Assembly: GCF_001194135.2 (NCBI RefSeq)
Contig: NC_068985.1
Span: 36,115,616-36,179,265 of the forward strand
DNA: 63,650 nucleotides
Source of the DNA: Octopus bimaculoides
Taxonomy: Eukaryota
Direction of reading: 5' to 3'
Part shown: in pieces, positions 47,561 through 62,900 of the stretch
Layout: each line of letters starts with the position of its first letter
Numbering within the stretch: position 1 is the stretch's first letter
Translations under genes and position numbers: made by a program
The notes under the pieces: model-generated
The model's database searches: none
What the model was told of the DNA's origin: nothing
What the model saw: the letters and a program-made list of their open reading frames with translations, nothing else

Positions 47561-49222
47561 AGATTTTGTAACACACATTTTATATTCAAAACAATTCTAT
47601 CAATTATATATTACAGGTGTCAAGTTGCACCTGAAAAAAAAACCTATAATTTTTGTAAGTGTTATTATAAACACTTCGGAGTTTATTTCAAATTTTTAAA
47701 AATTTCTTCATTTGGGGTATGGTTATGCTATCAATATTAGCATCATACTTAGGTTTTCCAGCTAACAGTTCCTAAATGTAAACAAAATCAAACTATGAGA
47801 ATACTCACAATCAAATTAAACAAAAATAATTCCAGTCTGTAAGCTCATTTATTAGTCATCAACTCATGCTGCATGTGACTTTAAAATCACTATACATCCA
47901 TGTAGTTTGATCAGACATTCTCTCTAATATTAATGGTTTGGACTACATTACATATTTCACAGGTCCTAACAGTCCATACATTTCATCTGTATATCATGCT
48001 TTTACAGTTTCTGACTAAAAACTAGCAATGATTTGATATTCATCCTTATTTTCATTTGTTTCAATTTAAAAGCACAACCATTGGTTCATTTCACCACCTT
48101 TCATCTTAATGATGAGTTTTAAGAATTTTGTAACTTTATATCTGGTCAACTGTACAAATAGCTTTGTAGATGGTTAATTACCCAGTTTCTGAAGTTCATT
48201 CTAATTACCTAAACATAATCAATAATTTTTTTTTTCTAGAAGGAATATAATTTAATTGACTATAAGTTATCAACCACAGAACCAAATTAGAACTTGTTGC
48301 ATATTTCTGTCTTTTGTAATAGGCAAAAACACTTTGATTTATTTTTTGCAATCAACTTAGCAGAAATAATTGGTTTTGATAAAATATTGAATGTCAGAAA
48401 GAATACCAAATCCTTTCTTATCAAACTAAGATAAACACAATTGCAGGAATTTATGCCTTTCAGCAATTTTACAAAATGTCACTAAGACATTGTGTAACTG
48501 TTCTGATTGTTAAAATATTCAATAAAAGATTCCATCCTATGATAACTTGAATATCATTTGTCTCACTAAATAACCACCAATCATGAAAAGTGCAACAGGA
48601 GTATGATGACAAATGTATTCTAATAATCAGTTAAAAAGAGTTTTGTAAAGATGTTAAAGAAGATAATGTTAATTAAGTTGGAATTATATGGCTGAAGAGG
48701 AATATCCTGGAAGATATAACAATAATAGAAACATTAATGTTATTGTTGTTTAATGTTTATATCCAAATTACTGTTTGATGTAGTTTTTATACTAATGCAT
48801 TACACAATACAGACAATCTCTATAATCAGCAATGAAATATACATGCTGATCACTATATGTCTTATTAGACATACATTCAAAGGATATGAACTTATTGCTA
48901 TAAGGCCTGTAGCAGCTAAATTTATTCTTTGAAACATAGGGCATTTTCTCAGAGAAAACAATCATTCTATATGCAAATTATTTGCTACTTGTAAAATACT
49001 GTACAAGTAAATTGAGACATCCAAAATTGTTATTACGTCTATGATCAAACGACATATATGACTTAAACTTCTGACTTGACCAAAAATAATTGGTAATCAT
49101 ATAGACTTATACACTAGTTAAATATCAAATTATTTTGTTTAAGAAATTCATAATTTGCTTTTTTCTCTTTCCAATATGATTTAAGGACATAAAAATCAAT
49201 TATCTAATTGTGAATATCCCTG

Positions 49223-49270
<48 letters not shown>

Positions 49271-51374
49271 CATTAACCTTGTCTATCTTCTAAACAACAC
49301 TGCCATGAAAATGCCCTTTCGCCCACTAAAATCAAACTCTAACCTCTTTACTCTACTTTTGTAGACTCTAGGAAATGTCTGAAAATTAAATGAAGCAATA
49401 TCCTTTCTTTCTCTCAATATTTTCATGTTCATTCAAAACTAAATCTGAAATCCGTATGTAAAGAAATTTGGTATTATTGAAAGGAAAAAAAAAAATGACT
49501 AAAAAGAATATTTTTGTACAGAACTCACCCACCCCCAGCAAAAATATGTTTTCCTAATGTTGGAAGACACTTTACTCACCTATTGACAACTCATCCCTAT
49601 TTAAGATGATTAAATTCAGTGGTATTGCTACCAATACAAACTTTTTGATTCCTTATTGGTACTCTTCTGGTTTAATTTTTTTAATATTTATACCGCTGTT
49701 TATCCATTTTATGGTTTGTTTCTTTTTTTTTTTGTATTTTCTGTTGAGAATGACATTGTTCTGTAGATATGATAAAACACCATTTTTTTTTCAGTTCAAC
49801 TTATTCATATATATTTAACATTCATTCAGACTCCCACACTCTAGAATATTGACTAGCCAACAATTAGCCTATTTATTTGTTTATCATAATTTGATATTTT
49901 CTAAATTAATTCATTACTTCTAGGGAATGACTGATTATCTTCAAGAATTGGTAAGATGGCATTTCACTACTAAATAAATATGAAATTATTACTTAGAGGA
50001 ACTTATGTATGTTTTGAGAAAACAATTATATCACTAAGATGGGTTGTGGGTTACATATGAAGATTTGAAAAGAGATATCAAGGGCCTCTTGTCAGAGTGG
50101 TTCAAATAATATGTGATATAAGGTATATCCAGTTTCTTTCTTGAAAGATTAGTATAACCTAATCTGTAGTGAGTCATTGTATCTCCCCAGCCCACAAAGA
50201 AAAAAAATGTTTCATTCCAGTTTACAACTGAAATTTCATTTTGTCTGAATGATATCTGTGATGTAAAAATCAAATAATATACGAGCACCTTACTATACTA
50301 GCTCCTCATGTTTAAACCAAACAGGGTCCTATAGATTGAAACTAAATTGGATCGTGTAAGTGAAAGTCGTATTGAAAAACAAGGGATAAAAAAATAAAAC
50401 AAATAAATTATTTAACAAATTGTTGGAGTACTTATTTTCTCCACGCTGATATTTTTTTGTATTAAAACTAGAAATATCACCATGAGGAACCATATAAAAG
50501 TATTTTCAGATATATTTTTGTAATGAAGGCCAGTTAGCCTGCAATAGAACATTATAACTGCCAATAATGTCTGCTATGTTGTTGATTTTATATGCCTTAA
50601 ACAAATTATAAAGGAAAAATTTATAAAATTTGCACAGATATAATTGCAATGGCTCTATGTTTTTAGTGCTTTATCCCCTGTAATGTTAAATTTAGCTATT
50701 TGCATACAACTAAGTATAATAATTGTATTATATTTCCAAGTTGTTATTTATAAAATTGAATGTGATATTTTTGTGAGTTAGAATAACATATATCAACCTC
50801 TTATTATAAGGGCGCACAATTTGATAAAACTTTAAAATTTGAGCAATATGCTGACATTTTGAATATCACAGGGAATTCAAACAGAAAACTATATCTTTAA
50901 ATATCCCCCATTTTCAAGATATTTATTCATTGTCATGAAGGCTAACTGGTGTTCAGGAATACAGGATATTTTACCATATCTGAATAGTGTGGCTGGAAGA
51001 TCATCTACAACATTTGTGGGGATAAGCTTTAAGATCACAATTTTATTCAAGCCTTTGATTAAAGTGATATTATTACTCAACTGAATTTAATGAATCTAGA
51101 TCTATATTATCCCTCTCTGGGAACACTCACACTTAAAATATCTAGCTTTAAGTAAAATGTTTCACCTTTGGTATTCATCTAATCAACAGATACAAATATA
51201 TCGTGATTTATTCCCTATCAACTCACCAGTTGATAGTGACTTTTAAAGAAAAGTAATCTAATTGGGGTTATTCTGTATTAGCTTTGAAGTAAAATATAAT
51301 TACCTTATTTTAAAATTTTATTTACTTACTAAAATAGTTGAAAATTGGATTTAGTTTAGTTCTCTTGGAAGATG

Positions 51375-51440
<66 letters not shown>

Positions 51441-52920
51441 GTTAATTAACTTTCTTACTAGTAAACTACTTGAAATTGTTTTCATTTCTTATCTCACTCT
51501 TATCACTGTCTCCAGAAGGACTATCAATTGGTACCATTAGTTAGACTTATGTCATCTTTAGGTAAATATGTAAATATCTTCACTTGCCATTTAGACATTG
51601 CAAATAGTGGATGAGGAGTCAAAGGTTGAGCATTTCTCCTTGACATGTTATAATTTTTTTTTCCTTTTTGAGAAAATGATATTTTGATAATAAAATGAGT
51701 GAAAACAAAAGAAAGAGCAAACTTGAGTAAAAGTGATAATGGTAATAATCATGATAATTAATCATAATAACAATAATATAAAATGAAGAAAAGAAGAAAA
51801 AGAAGACAAAAGCAACAAACAGACATAAAACACTGGTAAACTTGTCAGTGGAGTTGAAAAATTGTTAAGAAATCTATAATTTTTGATAGACAAAGAAATA
51901 TTTTTTAAATATGCGAACTAACCAATAAATTTGGCCTGCATTATTACTGTTATTGGCTTTATTGTTGTCAGTTGGAAATATTTTTTCAAAAGAGTTTGCT
52001 GTTGGAGTTGTTTTCTTACAAAGTCCTTTCTTTCTGTGTACAGTTATCTTTATGTTTCCCTCTTTCTTTCTCTTCTTCTTCTTCTCCCTTCTTTCTCTGT
52101 TTCTTTTTCTCTAAATAAAAATAAATCTCTCAATTGCAGTTGATTCCAATACAATTTATATATTTTTTCTTGTACATTTCAAAGAACATATTGCAGAGAA
52201 GCAATAAGAATACAAAGGAAATTTAAAAAAAAAAAGAATTAAATATTTAAAAAATATTATATTTTGCTAGATGAAAAAAATATTCTATTCCCTTTCCATT
52301 TGTCTGAATTTCTTTTTCTCCAGACCTAAAATTATTTACCCTTTATGGGGCAAAAAGTTCTTATTCTAACAATATTAAGATATATTTCATTAAAATAATT
52401 TAACAATTTTTCCATTATTGATTNNNNNNNNNNNNNNNNNNNNNNNNNNNNNNNNNNNNNNNNNNNNNNNNNNNNNNNNNNNNNNNNNNNNNNNNNNNNN
52501 NNNNNNNNNNNNNNNNNNNNNNNNNNNNNNNNNNNNNNNNNNNNNNNNNNNNNNNNNNNNNNNNNNNNNNNNNNNNNNNNNNNNNNNNNNNNNNNNNNNN
52601 NNNNNNNNNNNNNNNNNNNNNNNNNNNNNNNNNNNNNNNNNNNNNNNNNNNNNNNNNNNNNNNNNNNNNNNNNNNNNNNNNNNNNNNNNNNNNNNNNNNN
52701 NNNNNNNNNNNNNNNNNNNNNNNNNNNNNNNNNNNNNNNNNNNNNNNNNNNNNNNNNNNNNNNNNNNNNNNNNNNNNNNNNNNNNNNNNNNNNNNNNNNN
52801 NNNNNNNNNNNNNNNNNNNNNNNNNNNNNNNNNNNNNNNNNNNNNNNNNNNNNNNNNNNNNNNNNNNNNNNNNNNNNNNNNNNNNNNNNNNNNNNNNNNN
52901 NNNNNNNNNNNNNNNNNNNN

Positions 52921-52972
<52 letters not shown>

Positions 52973-53084
52973 TGGATAGGCTAATTTTCTTGGACTGCTT
53001 ATTGCCATTTTATAAAGTAAGCTGGCTCACTGGTATTTGGACTGAGTCTGAGAAGCTACCAATATCAATATTTATTATTATGAT

Positions 53085-53290
53085 GAAGGTGGCAAGCTAG
53101 CAGAATTGTTAGCATTCCAGATAAAATGCTTAGTAACATCTCATCAGCCTTTACTTTCTGAATTCAAATTCTGCTGTGAAATAAGTACTAGTTGACTACT
53201 GGGGTCAATTAATCAATCAACCAGCCCTTCCCCTAAAAAATTTAAGGCCTTGTGCCTATAGCAGAAAGGATTATTATTATTATTTTGTTA
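53085..53290 (+). mobile_element. ATT-tailed SINE (family A)
   Basis: GAAGGTGGCAAGCTAGCAGAATTGTTAGC..CTGGGGTCAATT..CCTTGTGCCT..ATTATTATT. Confidence 0.8.
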
Positions 53291-55278
53291 TTGTTACTGT
53301 TGTTTTTTCAAGAAATGAAAAGAAAATGAGAAAAAATGTAAAAATGTAATGTTTGTCAATTAAATTTATAAGCATGTTGTTTAGAAAATAATTTCTCTCA
53401 GATTATAACTGAAATGTTATAATTTATGTTCTTCATTACTGTCTACAAGAATTTAATTCTGTGGGCTTCACTCATCTCATGAATTATCACAGAAAAAAAG
53501 TTAAGGATGCTTACCTTTTTTTCAATCCTTATGAAACAGTTGCTATATTTTTTTAAATCTCTTTTATTTCCTTTCAGGGATTTTTTTCTTGTTAATTTTA
53601 TTTCAATTCTTTTCCAAAATTTAGTTTTAAAATATTTATAAGTTTGAATTTTGTAACTCTTGTCCTTGTTTGGAAGCTTTCTTCTCTTTTTTTTTTTTGT
53701 GTTTTGTATTAATAATAAATATTTCATTTTTTTTTATATATTCTCTGATTTTTACCATACATAAGTTTTTTTTAATAAATGCCACCTCTTAATATTTTTT
53801 ATATTATTTTTTTTATGATACTTAATTTAAGAAATTATTTAAAATTATCCAGTTATTAAAAAAAGATATCAAATTAAAAAGATTTTTGACTAAAAGATTT
53901 AATGTAAAAAATACTTTTCATTCTAAAATGTAAAGCTACCAAAAACCAAGACTAACAGAATTCTCCTGTTGTCTCCAATCACCCTCCCCAAAAAGGAAAG
54001 AAATTTTAAATGTTAATTTTATGGCTGCAGGAAACGTATAAGAAGTTTCAGATTATCTTAGATCAAGAAATTTTTTAGCCTTTGTTTTTTGGGGGTTTTT
54101 TTAAGGTCAAATACATTTTTCTGATACAATAACTGTTCTAGTTACAACTGATGCTACATTAATAAAAAATATATTTTATTGTTGTTCTTGTTGTTACATC
54201 ACTGTTGCATCATCAACACCATGTAATTAAGAAGTAGAAACATAAGCATAAGTTCTCAATGAGACACCCTAAGTCTTTAGTCAAACACTGTCTTAATTTT
54301 GTATTTGTATTTGTTTGATGAGTGGCTTGATCTTAAATTGTTTTGAAACTGAAGCAATTACATTGTGGAAGAGAAATTTTAATCATTTAAGAACTCACTA
54401 AAACTGTTGGGTTTACTTTTTGTTTGTTTCTTGAGGTGTCAAATTTTGTGTCCCACATCTGCAACCTTGTCACTGACTTAAGGTCACTACAGCTGCTGAA
54501 AATTATTCACTGGTAAGTTTCAATAGGCCTCACAGATTTTCCTTTACTACCCCCACCTTGTTTGTTGTTGTTGCTGTTATAGTTGTTTAATCTCTAAACA
54601 TATGGGCCTAATGAATATTTGTTGTTTAGTATTAAGACATGGGTGGCCATTAGTCATTTTTTGGTTCAATTTTTCTACAAAAGTTTTGGTTCTGTTTGTC
54701 CACAAATCTATGTTCTATTTCAGCCATTCTTTGTTCTTTTACTTTTTTTCCTTTCTTTTCTCTTGATTGTTTTGAATATATGAAAATGTTGTTGGCTATG
54801 TATATAAAAAGTATGATTGAAATATCTTGTTCTATAGAACAAGACTTTTGAATTTAGATTCTAGCTTAGTTGATATATTTAACTGTGTGTCAAAAATGTG
54901 GAGAGCAAATAATAATTTTTAAATGATATAACAGATAAATTATAATATTTTTTATAACTCTGTATGCACACACACAAACACACACATACACATGGAGTGA
55001 CACTGCCTGTTAGTGTTGAAACCATGAAAATATCTGATTAAGCAGTTGAGGATAGGATGTTCCCTCTTAATGTCTTCATTATGTCTTCATTCTGTTGTTA
55101 TCTCTGTAAATTTTTAGATAGTTTTACTTTTAATTCTAGTAATTTTTTTATGCAGGAGTTTGTTAGAATTTTATCAAATAAATAGCAGTAATGGCAACTA
55201 GCTTTATATGTACAGGTAATTGAATGTTGGACTTTATGAGGTTTAGAAGAAGTGAGAGAGAGAGAGAGAGACACACAC

Positions 55279-55324
<46 letters not shown>

Positions 55325-56309
55325 GTGTATAAAAACTGATCTAAGGTGGAGAGGATTTTTTTTCTATATATTAGCTAATTCACTGTTGGGTGTGGCTTCT
55401 ATAAATATTACATTATTGACATTGCACCATGTACTGAGTATGGTTTTTTTACTGTTACTTGTAACTACTATTTTCCATCAAAGTTGGAATTGCTGGAAAT
55501 GGTGCACATTTTTTCATGATGTGGTGAGATGAGCAAATAAAACAAAAAATGGCTACCTCTAATTTTGATATAGCACTGTACCCTTGGTAAGTTGATGGCA
55601 TTAACTTTATCATTAAAACTTATGCTGCTGATCGTCAGTTGGATGAAGAAAACACTGTTTACTAGACGATGCATAACAATTCTAACTGTGATAGTACAAA
55701 AGTCACTATTGACTACCCACTAGACACCCCAGTAAAAGATTACCTATAATGGACAGCATTCTATGGATAGAGAATAAAACTCTTAATGGGACAACCAAAC
55801 CATACATATTCCCCATATATTGTAAATTATCCATGACAGACTCACTTGTATCTAGAAAAGATTCTGATGTGTTGGAAACTGCTAAACTGATCATACTAAT
55901 GACAGATTTCAGAAGACTAATGAGAAACCTTTCACAAATGTGCTAGTCTCAAGAATAGTAAGACTACCTTCAGTATTTTATTTACCAAATGTAGTTATCT
56001 GGTTACACTATGAATATACAGTGAAAAAATCCAAGAAATGGTTTGAAATCATTTCAAAAATTGATGCAAATGAATATATAAATATATATGTATATTTATA
56101 TATATATATATATATATNNNNNNNNNNNNNNNNNNNNNNNNNNNNNNNNNNNNNNNNNNNNNNNNNNNNNNNNNNNNCATCATCATCATCGTTTAACGTC
56201 CGCTTTCCATGCTAGCATATATATGTGTGTGTGTATATACATATATAGATGATGATGATGATGATGATGATGATGATAAGTGTAACTCATATATATGTAT
56301 ACATATAAA

Positions 56310-56353
<44 letters not shown>

Positions 56354-58101
56354 TAAGGAGAACATGGAGAGTTAGAACTCTCCATTTTCTCCTTATAATA
56401 TATCATATTGAAATATACCTATATATCAAAATGTATTAATCATTAAACTCCATAATATACTTAATTGGTACCTGTTTAAACAATAAACACCAATATCATT
56501 AATTTATACTGGACTCTTGAACTTTTACATCGATATATAAGATTAAACTGGTGAAGATTGGATGATAACATCCCTTTTAGAAGTATCTCTTTACTCTAAA
56601 TATATATATTTATATACAAAACTTCTCTAAGGTGGAGAAGGAATACATACATGTCTGTGAATGTCTGTGAGTCTATATGCATATGTATCAGTGTATGTAT
56701 ATATGTATAAGTGTCTATGTAAATGTGTGGAATTATTTATAAATTAGGGTATGTAGGATTTTTATGTACATATATACAGAACTTGTTATGGTTATATCTA
56801 CTGATTTCCTATAGAAATTATAGTGAACACTGATATGTTACATTTTGTGTCTGAGTATGCCTACTGTACACAACAAATCAGTGCTGGTTATAATGTCTAA
56901 AGAAAATACATAGAGATAACATTAACAAGTGATTTAACAGCACTGCTAACACAGTAGTACACATAATTGACTTATAAAATGTTTAATATACTTTGTAATA
57001 TATTCTGGTTGCATAGCAAAATACGGTGTCCCTACAAATTATCAATATATACAGAGATATATGTGTGATTTTATGTTATTTATAAATTATTATTTGTTAA
57101 TCCAACACTTCCTTTTACCATACAAGTAAATACATCAACTTAGCAAGAATATATAAATTTAGTAAACTTGTAGTAGCAGCAGATATTTTCACTATACTTT
57201 ATATGTACACATAGCCAACAACACTCAAAAAGCAAACCCTCATCACAAGAAGGAGAAAAAAATATGTAAGGATGGCTGATTGTAATAAAACATCTTAATT
57301 TATAGACAGACAGAAGAACTGAATCTAAAAGTGACAAAAAACAGTTCATGTCAAAAGCTCAAACAGGCTCAACAAAGAGATAAAGAATAAATAAAATTCC
57401 CTGAGACCTATCAATACTCACCAGTATATTATTTTAAATAGTTGTGGTGGAATTTGTTAGTGATCATGTAGTAGAGGTAGGGTGACAATTTTAACACCTC
57501 AATCAATAAATAAAAATTGAATATAACACTTATTGCATGTTCTAAAAAGGCTCTTCCACTATCTTATTTATGATTTTGTAATAGTTTGATTAATTACCAT
57601 TTTCATCAGTTTTGAATTATTATGGTTGTATTTTTTTTTTTGTTTTTTTGTTGACTGTCAATTCAAAAGAAGACTGAAAAATTTCCAAATGTTTGCTATC
57701 TGAAAAAATATGTACTCAGTTATAAAGTAGTTTTTAGTGAAGTGATTTGCTTCCTAATAATTCCTGTAATTTAAACCATTGTTTCCTGAACTTTTTTTTT
57801 CAATTTAGTGCCATTTTAATTAAGTGAGTCCCAGTACTAACTATTAGTAGTAAAATTGTTATTTTTCAGAAAAGTGATTGGTGTGATACTAGAGGTATAG
57901 AAAAACAATAAAATTTTAAACAGGTAATTTACAATTTATCAATCAGCATTGATTTAGACTCTTTTAATTCAATTAATTAAACAAAATTATGAATCTTTTT
58001 CAAGAGATAACAACTTTTCAAAATCTAATAGTCGTTTCACAACAGTTTTTGAGACTACTTTAAATATTTACTTTAGTGTAGATTAATCAACTTAAAAAAT
58101 A

Positions 58102-59033
58102 TACAAGGGCGAGCCAAAAAGTAATGCAATTTGTTTTATTATATAAAAAGCAAGGAACACAAATATATCACACATCAAAATATAGCTATACATCACAAGT
58201 TTACGTCCCTACTTCTCAACATAGTTACCACCTCTTTCAATGGCAGTATTCCACCTATGAATGAGGGCATGTATTGCAGCTTTATAATATTCAGCTGGCT
58301 GCTGACATAGCCAATTCCTTACAGCAGTTTTCACTTCTACACTCCATCAATTGTCTTTTTGATTCTGGTTCATAATGATGAATCCAAGTTTCATTACCAG
58401 TTATGAGCCTTTGAAAGAAGGTTTTGTCTCTTTCACTGAGTTCAAGAAGTTCAGTGCAATGTTTAACCCTTTCAATCCTGTGCTCATTTGTCAATTGTTT
58501 TGGTACCCAGCAGGCACACACTTTTGAATATCCAAGTGACTCGATAATGTTGAGTACTATTATGGCTAACTCCAAGCTTTGAGGCCAGCTCATCAATGCT
58601 TATGTGCCTATCAGTTCTAATTAAAGCATCTGCTTTTTCTTTGTTGGCAGGGTTGACAGAAGTTGACATGCAGCCACAAGACGTATCTGCTAAGCATGAA
58701 TTTCCCAATTCTTTTGGTCTGTTGAATTCTCATTCAGATGGTGAGCCCATCTCCACAGATTGCTGTAGTCTAAAGCTCTATGTTTTTAAACATTTTTCAC
58801 TTCCTTTGGCATCAAAGAACTCAATTACCGTTCTTTCCTTCTGATGGACTTCCAGCAGGGCAGCCATTCCAATATCAGCTTATTTATTTATATATCTGGA
58901 AAAAAAAAAAAAATTAGATAATTAAATATCAAGAGTATATGTGCCTTTATAGCTGTACCAAATATCAAATAAATGCATTGAAAAATGCACCTCTTATGAT
59001 AAAAATTGCATTACTTTTTGACTCAACATTATA
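58102..59033 (-). mobile_element. Internally deleted mariner, 932 bp, both TIRs present
   Basis: TIRs TACAAGGGCGAGCCAAAAAGTAATGCAATTT and TATAATGTTGAGTCAAAAAGTAATGCAATTT; GNETWIHHYEPESKRQLME is joined directly to EVKTAVRNWLCQQ..HRWNTAIERGGNYVEK*. Confidence 0.9.
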
Positions 59034-60189
59034 TCTTGATTCTGTAATTCCAACCCTTCAAAACTGATTGTAATTTAGCAATAGTCTTAAATAATTATAA
59101 TATGTAATTAATTTCACGAAGATTTTATTTATTTAGCATAACAGATTATCTTGATTGCAGCGTTGCTAAATTTCTGAGACCCTTAATAGTCAATAAATTT
59201 AGTATTTTACTATTCAATAAATTCTTACTATAGTGAATGGATAAAATTTTTTGTAACTCAGTGCTATTCAGAGTGATCCTGCTTACTGTAAGTGTACCTC
59301 TTGGCACCTCACAATACTTCAAACACTCTCTAAGGAATAAATCATTAACAAAAAAATTATAAACATTGACCTAACCAAACCAATGAGAGTGCCTTTATGT
59401 AGTCACTTCATATAAATATTAGCCAAATCTACATATTACACTTTGCCATCTTTAGGAAAGAAAGGACACATTAGATAGTGATACATATATGACATATATC
59501 CCATTTTCCTAAGAAGATGGGATGGCCATGGTTAGAATACCCTTGTTCAGGGGTCTGATCAGGCTAACAGGGACAAAACAATAACAAATTAACATACTTG
59601 CTTAGAAGTATTTGTTTTCACATAAGGCATTAATATGAGTGCCAGAAGTCTCATGACCCATTAGTTTGGTCTTCATATACTGTGTAACTTTCTCTCTCAT
59701 GGTTGCATTGTGAATTCTTAACCACACAGCCTTATCTCTCTGTGTCCAGAAAGATAAGTAAAATGATTAAATAAGGCATAGACATGGCTATGAATTTGAT
59801 GTCTACTGATTTCTTGTATCAGTGGTTACAACACTTAATTTGCATATAAATATTCACAAAGTAAAGAGTGGTAACCACCAAAATGTTACTTATAAGAGTT
59901 TGATTTTCAGTTCTCTGATATATTAACAGCATATATACATATCACTTCTAAAGCCAGAATTAAGCCCTGCTTTTATGAACTCTGTGTCATGTATGTGAAT
60001 ATATAATTTTCTCTCCATCATATGGATCATATTTAAGTATGTGCACTTTTTACCTAGCTAAATATGTATCTGTAAGCATGAGAGTGTGTGATGTATGATT
60101 GTGTTTCTGTGTGTATAGAAATGCATATACATAAAAATTCTGATCAATATGATGAGAAAATTATCATATTGACATGCATGTATGTGTGT

Positions 60190-61560
60190 GTACATCATCA
60201 TCATCGTTTAACGTCTGTCTTCCATGCATGCATGGGTAGGACGATTGACAGGAACCAGCTAGGTATAAAAACTACCCTAGGCTACTGTGTCTATTTTGGC
60301 AGAGATTTTACGGCTGGATGCCCTTCCTAGCATCAACCACTCTGCAGAGTGGACTCAGTGCTTTTTACGTGGCACTACCACAGGCAAAGTTAGTGTCAGC
60401 ATGATTTTTACAGCTGGATGCTTTTAACATGGCACCAGCACTGGCAGGGTAACCAAGTAACTCACAAGACAAGGAATTATGAGAGGGGCAGGGTATTTGA
60501 GGAGGGGAACTTGTGTCAGAGGATGAAAGGCTAGAGTGTGACAAAGAGACAGAGAGACAGAAGCAGGTGTCTCGCCACAACAGAGGTGGGCATTAGAAGA
60601 GGTGATCCAATATCAGATAATGATAGGTTAGAGTGTAACAGAGAAATAGCAAGGCAGAAATAGGTGTCCTGCTATAGAGGAGGTACATGGTTATGCAGTG
60701 AGAGAGAGGTACAAGAAAGAGGCCAGAAACAAGTGTGCTGATGTAAAGGAGACACAGTCAGTGTCCATGTCTCACTACTATGTAACATAGCCATTCTCAC
60801 ACAAGCATCATACAATCTATCTTTCACTCTGAGAGAGAGTCATTTTGCTGCCAATAGAGGTAGCAGTTCTCTAAACTTCCTCCATTTTATTCTTGTTCTA
60901 GAAACACTACTTTCAGAGAATCCACCATTGTTACTAATTTGGTCACCTAAATAGCAGAAACTATCTACTACCTCAAGAAAGCTTCCTGGGTATTTGAGAG
61001 AGTTTAAGTCCCTCATGCTCTTAGTACTTACTGTTCCTGAACATCTGCCACACACGAAAGCAACCTATATCTGATAACCTTCCTATGAGTCCACTGTTTC
61101 TTTTATGTGTCTATAGCTTACACTTGGTGCAGCAAATGGAGTTACATCCCACGCCTTTCCTACATATTGAACAGGGCCATTTATCAGCTGGAATGAGAGA
61201 GTTATCTCCTTTTGCACTAACAATTTTAGTCTTAGCTAAGTTAACATTAAAGCCCTTTGGTTCCAGGTTTTGCTTCCAAACCTGGAACTTCTTTTCCAAT
61301 TCTGCTTCAGAGTTTGCAATAAGAGCAAGATCATCTACATATAGTAGTTTCCATGGGCATCCAGTTTTGAATTCATCTGTTATGGCCTGGAGAACTCTGA
61401 TGAATAAGAATGGAATAAGAACTGAACGCTGGTGTATTCTAACTTGTATGTTGAATTCATCACTGTTTTCAAGGCCAACTCTCACCTTACTGCTAGAGGG
61501 TTCTGGTTGATCTGGGTGAGGTGATGTGAACTCCTTCCCCTCTCTGGTAAATTGCTCAAT
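60190..61560 (-). mobile_element. Fragmented RTE LINE
   Basis: RT pieces ([31 protein letters not shown]; EVVDSFCYLGDQI) and a 3' tail GACGTTAAACGATGATGATG. Confidence 0.85.
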
Positions 61561-61808
61561 CACTCTATTAACTGTAGAAAGCAGGATCCCAAGGTTTTCT
61601 GCGATTTTATGCTGCCTTCAGAATGACACACAATATGGTCTCTTTGAAATTCAGACAGTTCCAAGGCTTCTTTTGTACATGGCATGATTAAACAATCACA
61701 TATAGAACCTGAAACATAAAAATGTCAATTAATAAAAAATATAAACGTTTACAAGTTAGAATAAACATAAAACGATGTTTTATGGGGTGACTGTTTACTT
61801 ATCATGTC

Positions 61809-61844
<36 letters not shown>

Positions 61845-62624
61845 NNNNNNNNNNNNNNNNNNNNNNNNNNNNNNNNNNNNNNNNNNNNNNNNNNNNNNNN
61901 NNNNNNNNNNNNNNNNNNNNNNNNNNNNNNNNNNNNNNNNNNNNNNNNNNNNNNNNNNNNNNNNNNNNNNNNNNNNNNNNNNNNNNNNNNNNNNNNNNNN
62001 NNNNNNNNNNNNNNNNNNNNNNNNNNNNNNNNNNNNNNNNNNNNNNNNNNNNNNNNNNNNNNNNNNNNNNNNNNNNNNNNNNNNNNNNNNNNNNNNNNNN
62101 NNNNNNNNNNNNNNNNNNNNNNNNNNNNNNNNNNNNNNNNNNNNNNNNNNNNNNNNNNNNNNNNNNNNNNNNNNNNNNNNNNNNNNNNNNNNNNNNNNNN
62201 NNNNNNNNNNNNNNNNNNNNNNNNNNNNNNNNNNNNNNNNNNNNNNNNNNNNNNNNNNNNNNNNNNNNNNNNNNNNNNNNNNNNNNNNNNNNNNNNNNNN
62301 NNNNNNNNNNNNNNNNNNNNNNNNNNNNNNNNNNNNNNNNNNNNNNNNNNNNNNNNNNNNNNNNNNNNNNNNNNNNNNNNNNNNNNNNNNNNNNNNNNNN
62401 NNNNNNNNNNNNNNNNNNNNNNNNNNNNNNNNNNNNNNNNNNNNNNNNNNNNNNNNNNNNNNNNNNNNNNNNNNNNNNNNNNNNNNNNNNNNNNNNNNNN
62501 NNNNNNNNNNNNNNNNNNNNNNNNNNNNNNNNNNNNNNNNNNNNNNNNNNNNNNNNNNNNNNNNNNNNNNNNNNNNNNNNNNNNNNNNNNNNNNNNNNNN
62601 NNNNNNNNNNNNNNNNNNNNNNNN

Positions 62625-62687
<63 letters not shown>

Positions 62688-62713
62688 ATATATATCTATA
62701 TACATACACATAT

Positions 62714-62816
62714 TTGATGGGCTTCTTTCCACTCACAAGGCTTTGGTTGGCCTGAGGCTATATTAGAAGACACTTGCGCAAGGTGCCACACAGTGGGGCT
62801 GAACCCAGAACCATGT
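62714..62816 (-). mobile_element. SINE family B 5' fragment
   Basis: Reverse complement CATGGTTCTGGGTTCAGCCCC..GGCACCTTGCGCAAGTGTCTTCT. Confidence 0.8.
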
Positions 62817-62900
62817 ATAGATAAAGGAAAAGAGAGCACAGTGGTTGTTCAAAGTAGAAAGAGTGAACCTGTGGAAAATGAGAGAGTATTGCTTTTTTTG

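Noticed and set aside
47614-47633. Inverted E-box pair CAGGTG-N8-CACCTG
   Set aside because: Short motif expected by chance and probably inside the decayed Gypsy region.
49225-49270. 46-nt poly-T as a retrocopy poly(A) tail
   Set aside because: No polyadenylation signal, TSD or recognisable parent sequence adjacent.
50872-51084. About 70-codon frames open on both strands after a possible acceptor
   Set aside because: No recognisable homology or donor; compatible with chance.
55706-55894. ORF with IIGNLLL resembling GPCR TM1
   Set aside because: Stops a few codons later; no further TM exons or convincing splice sites found.
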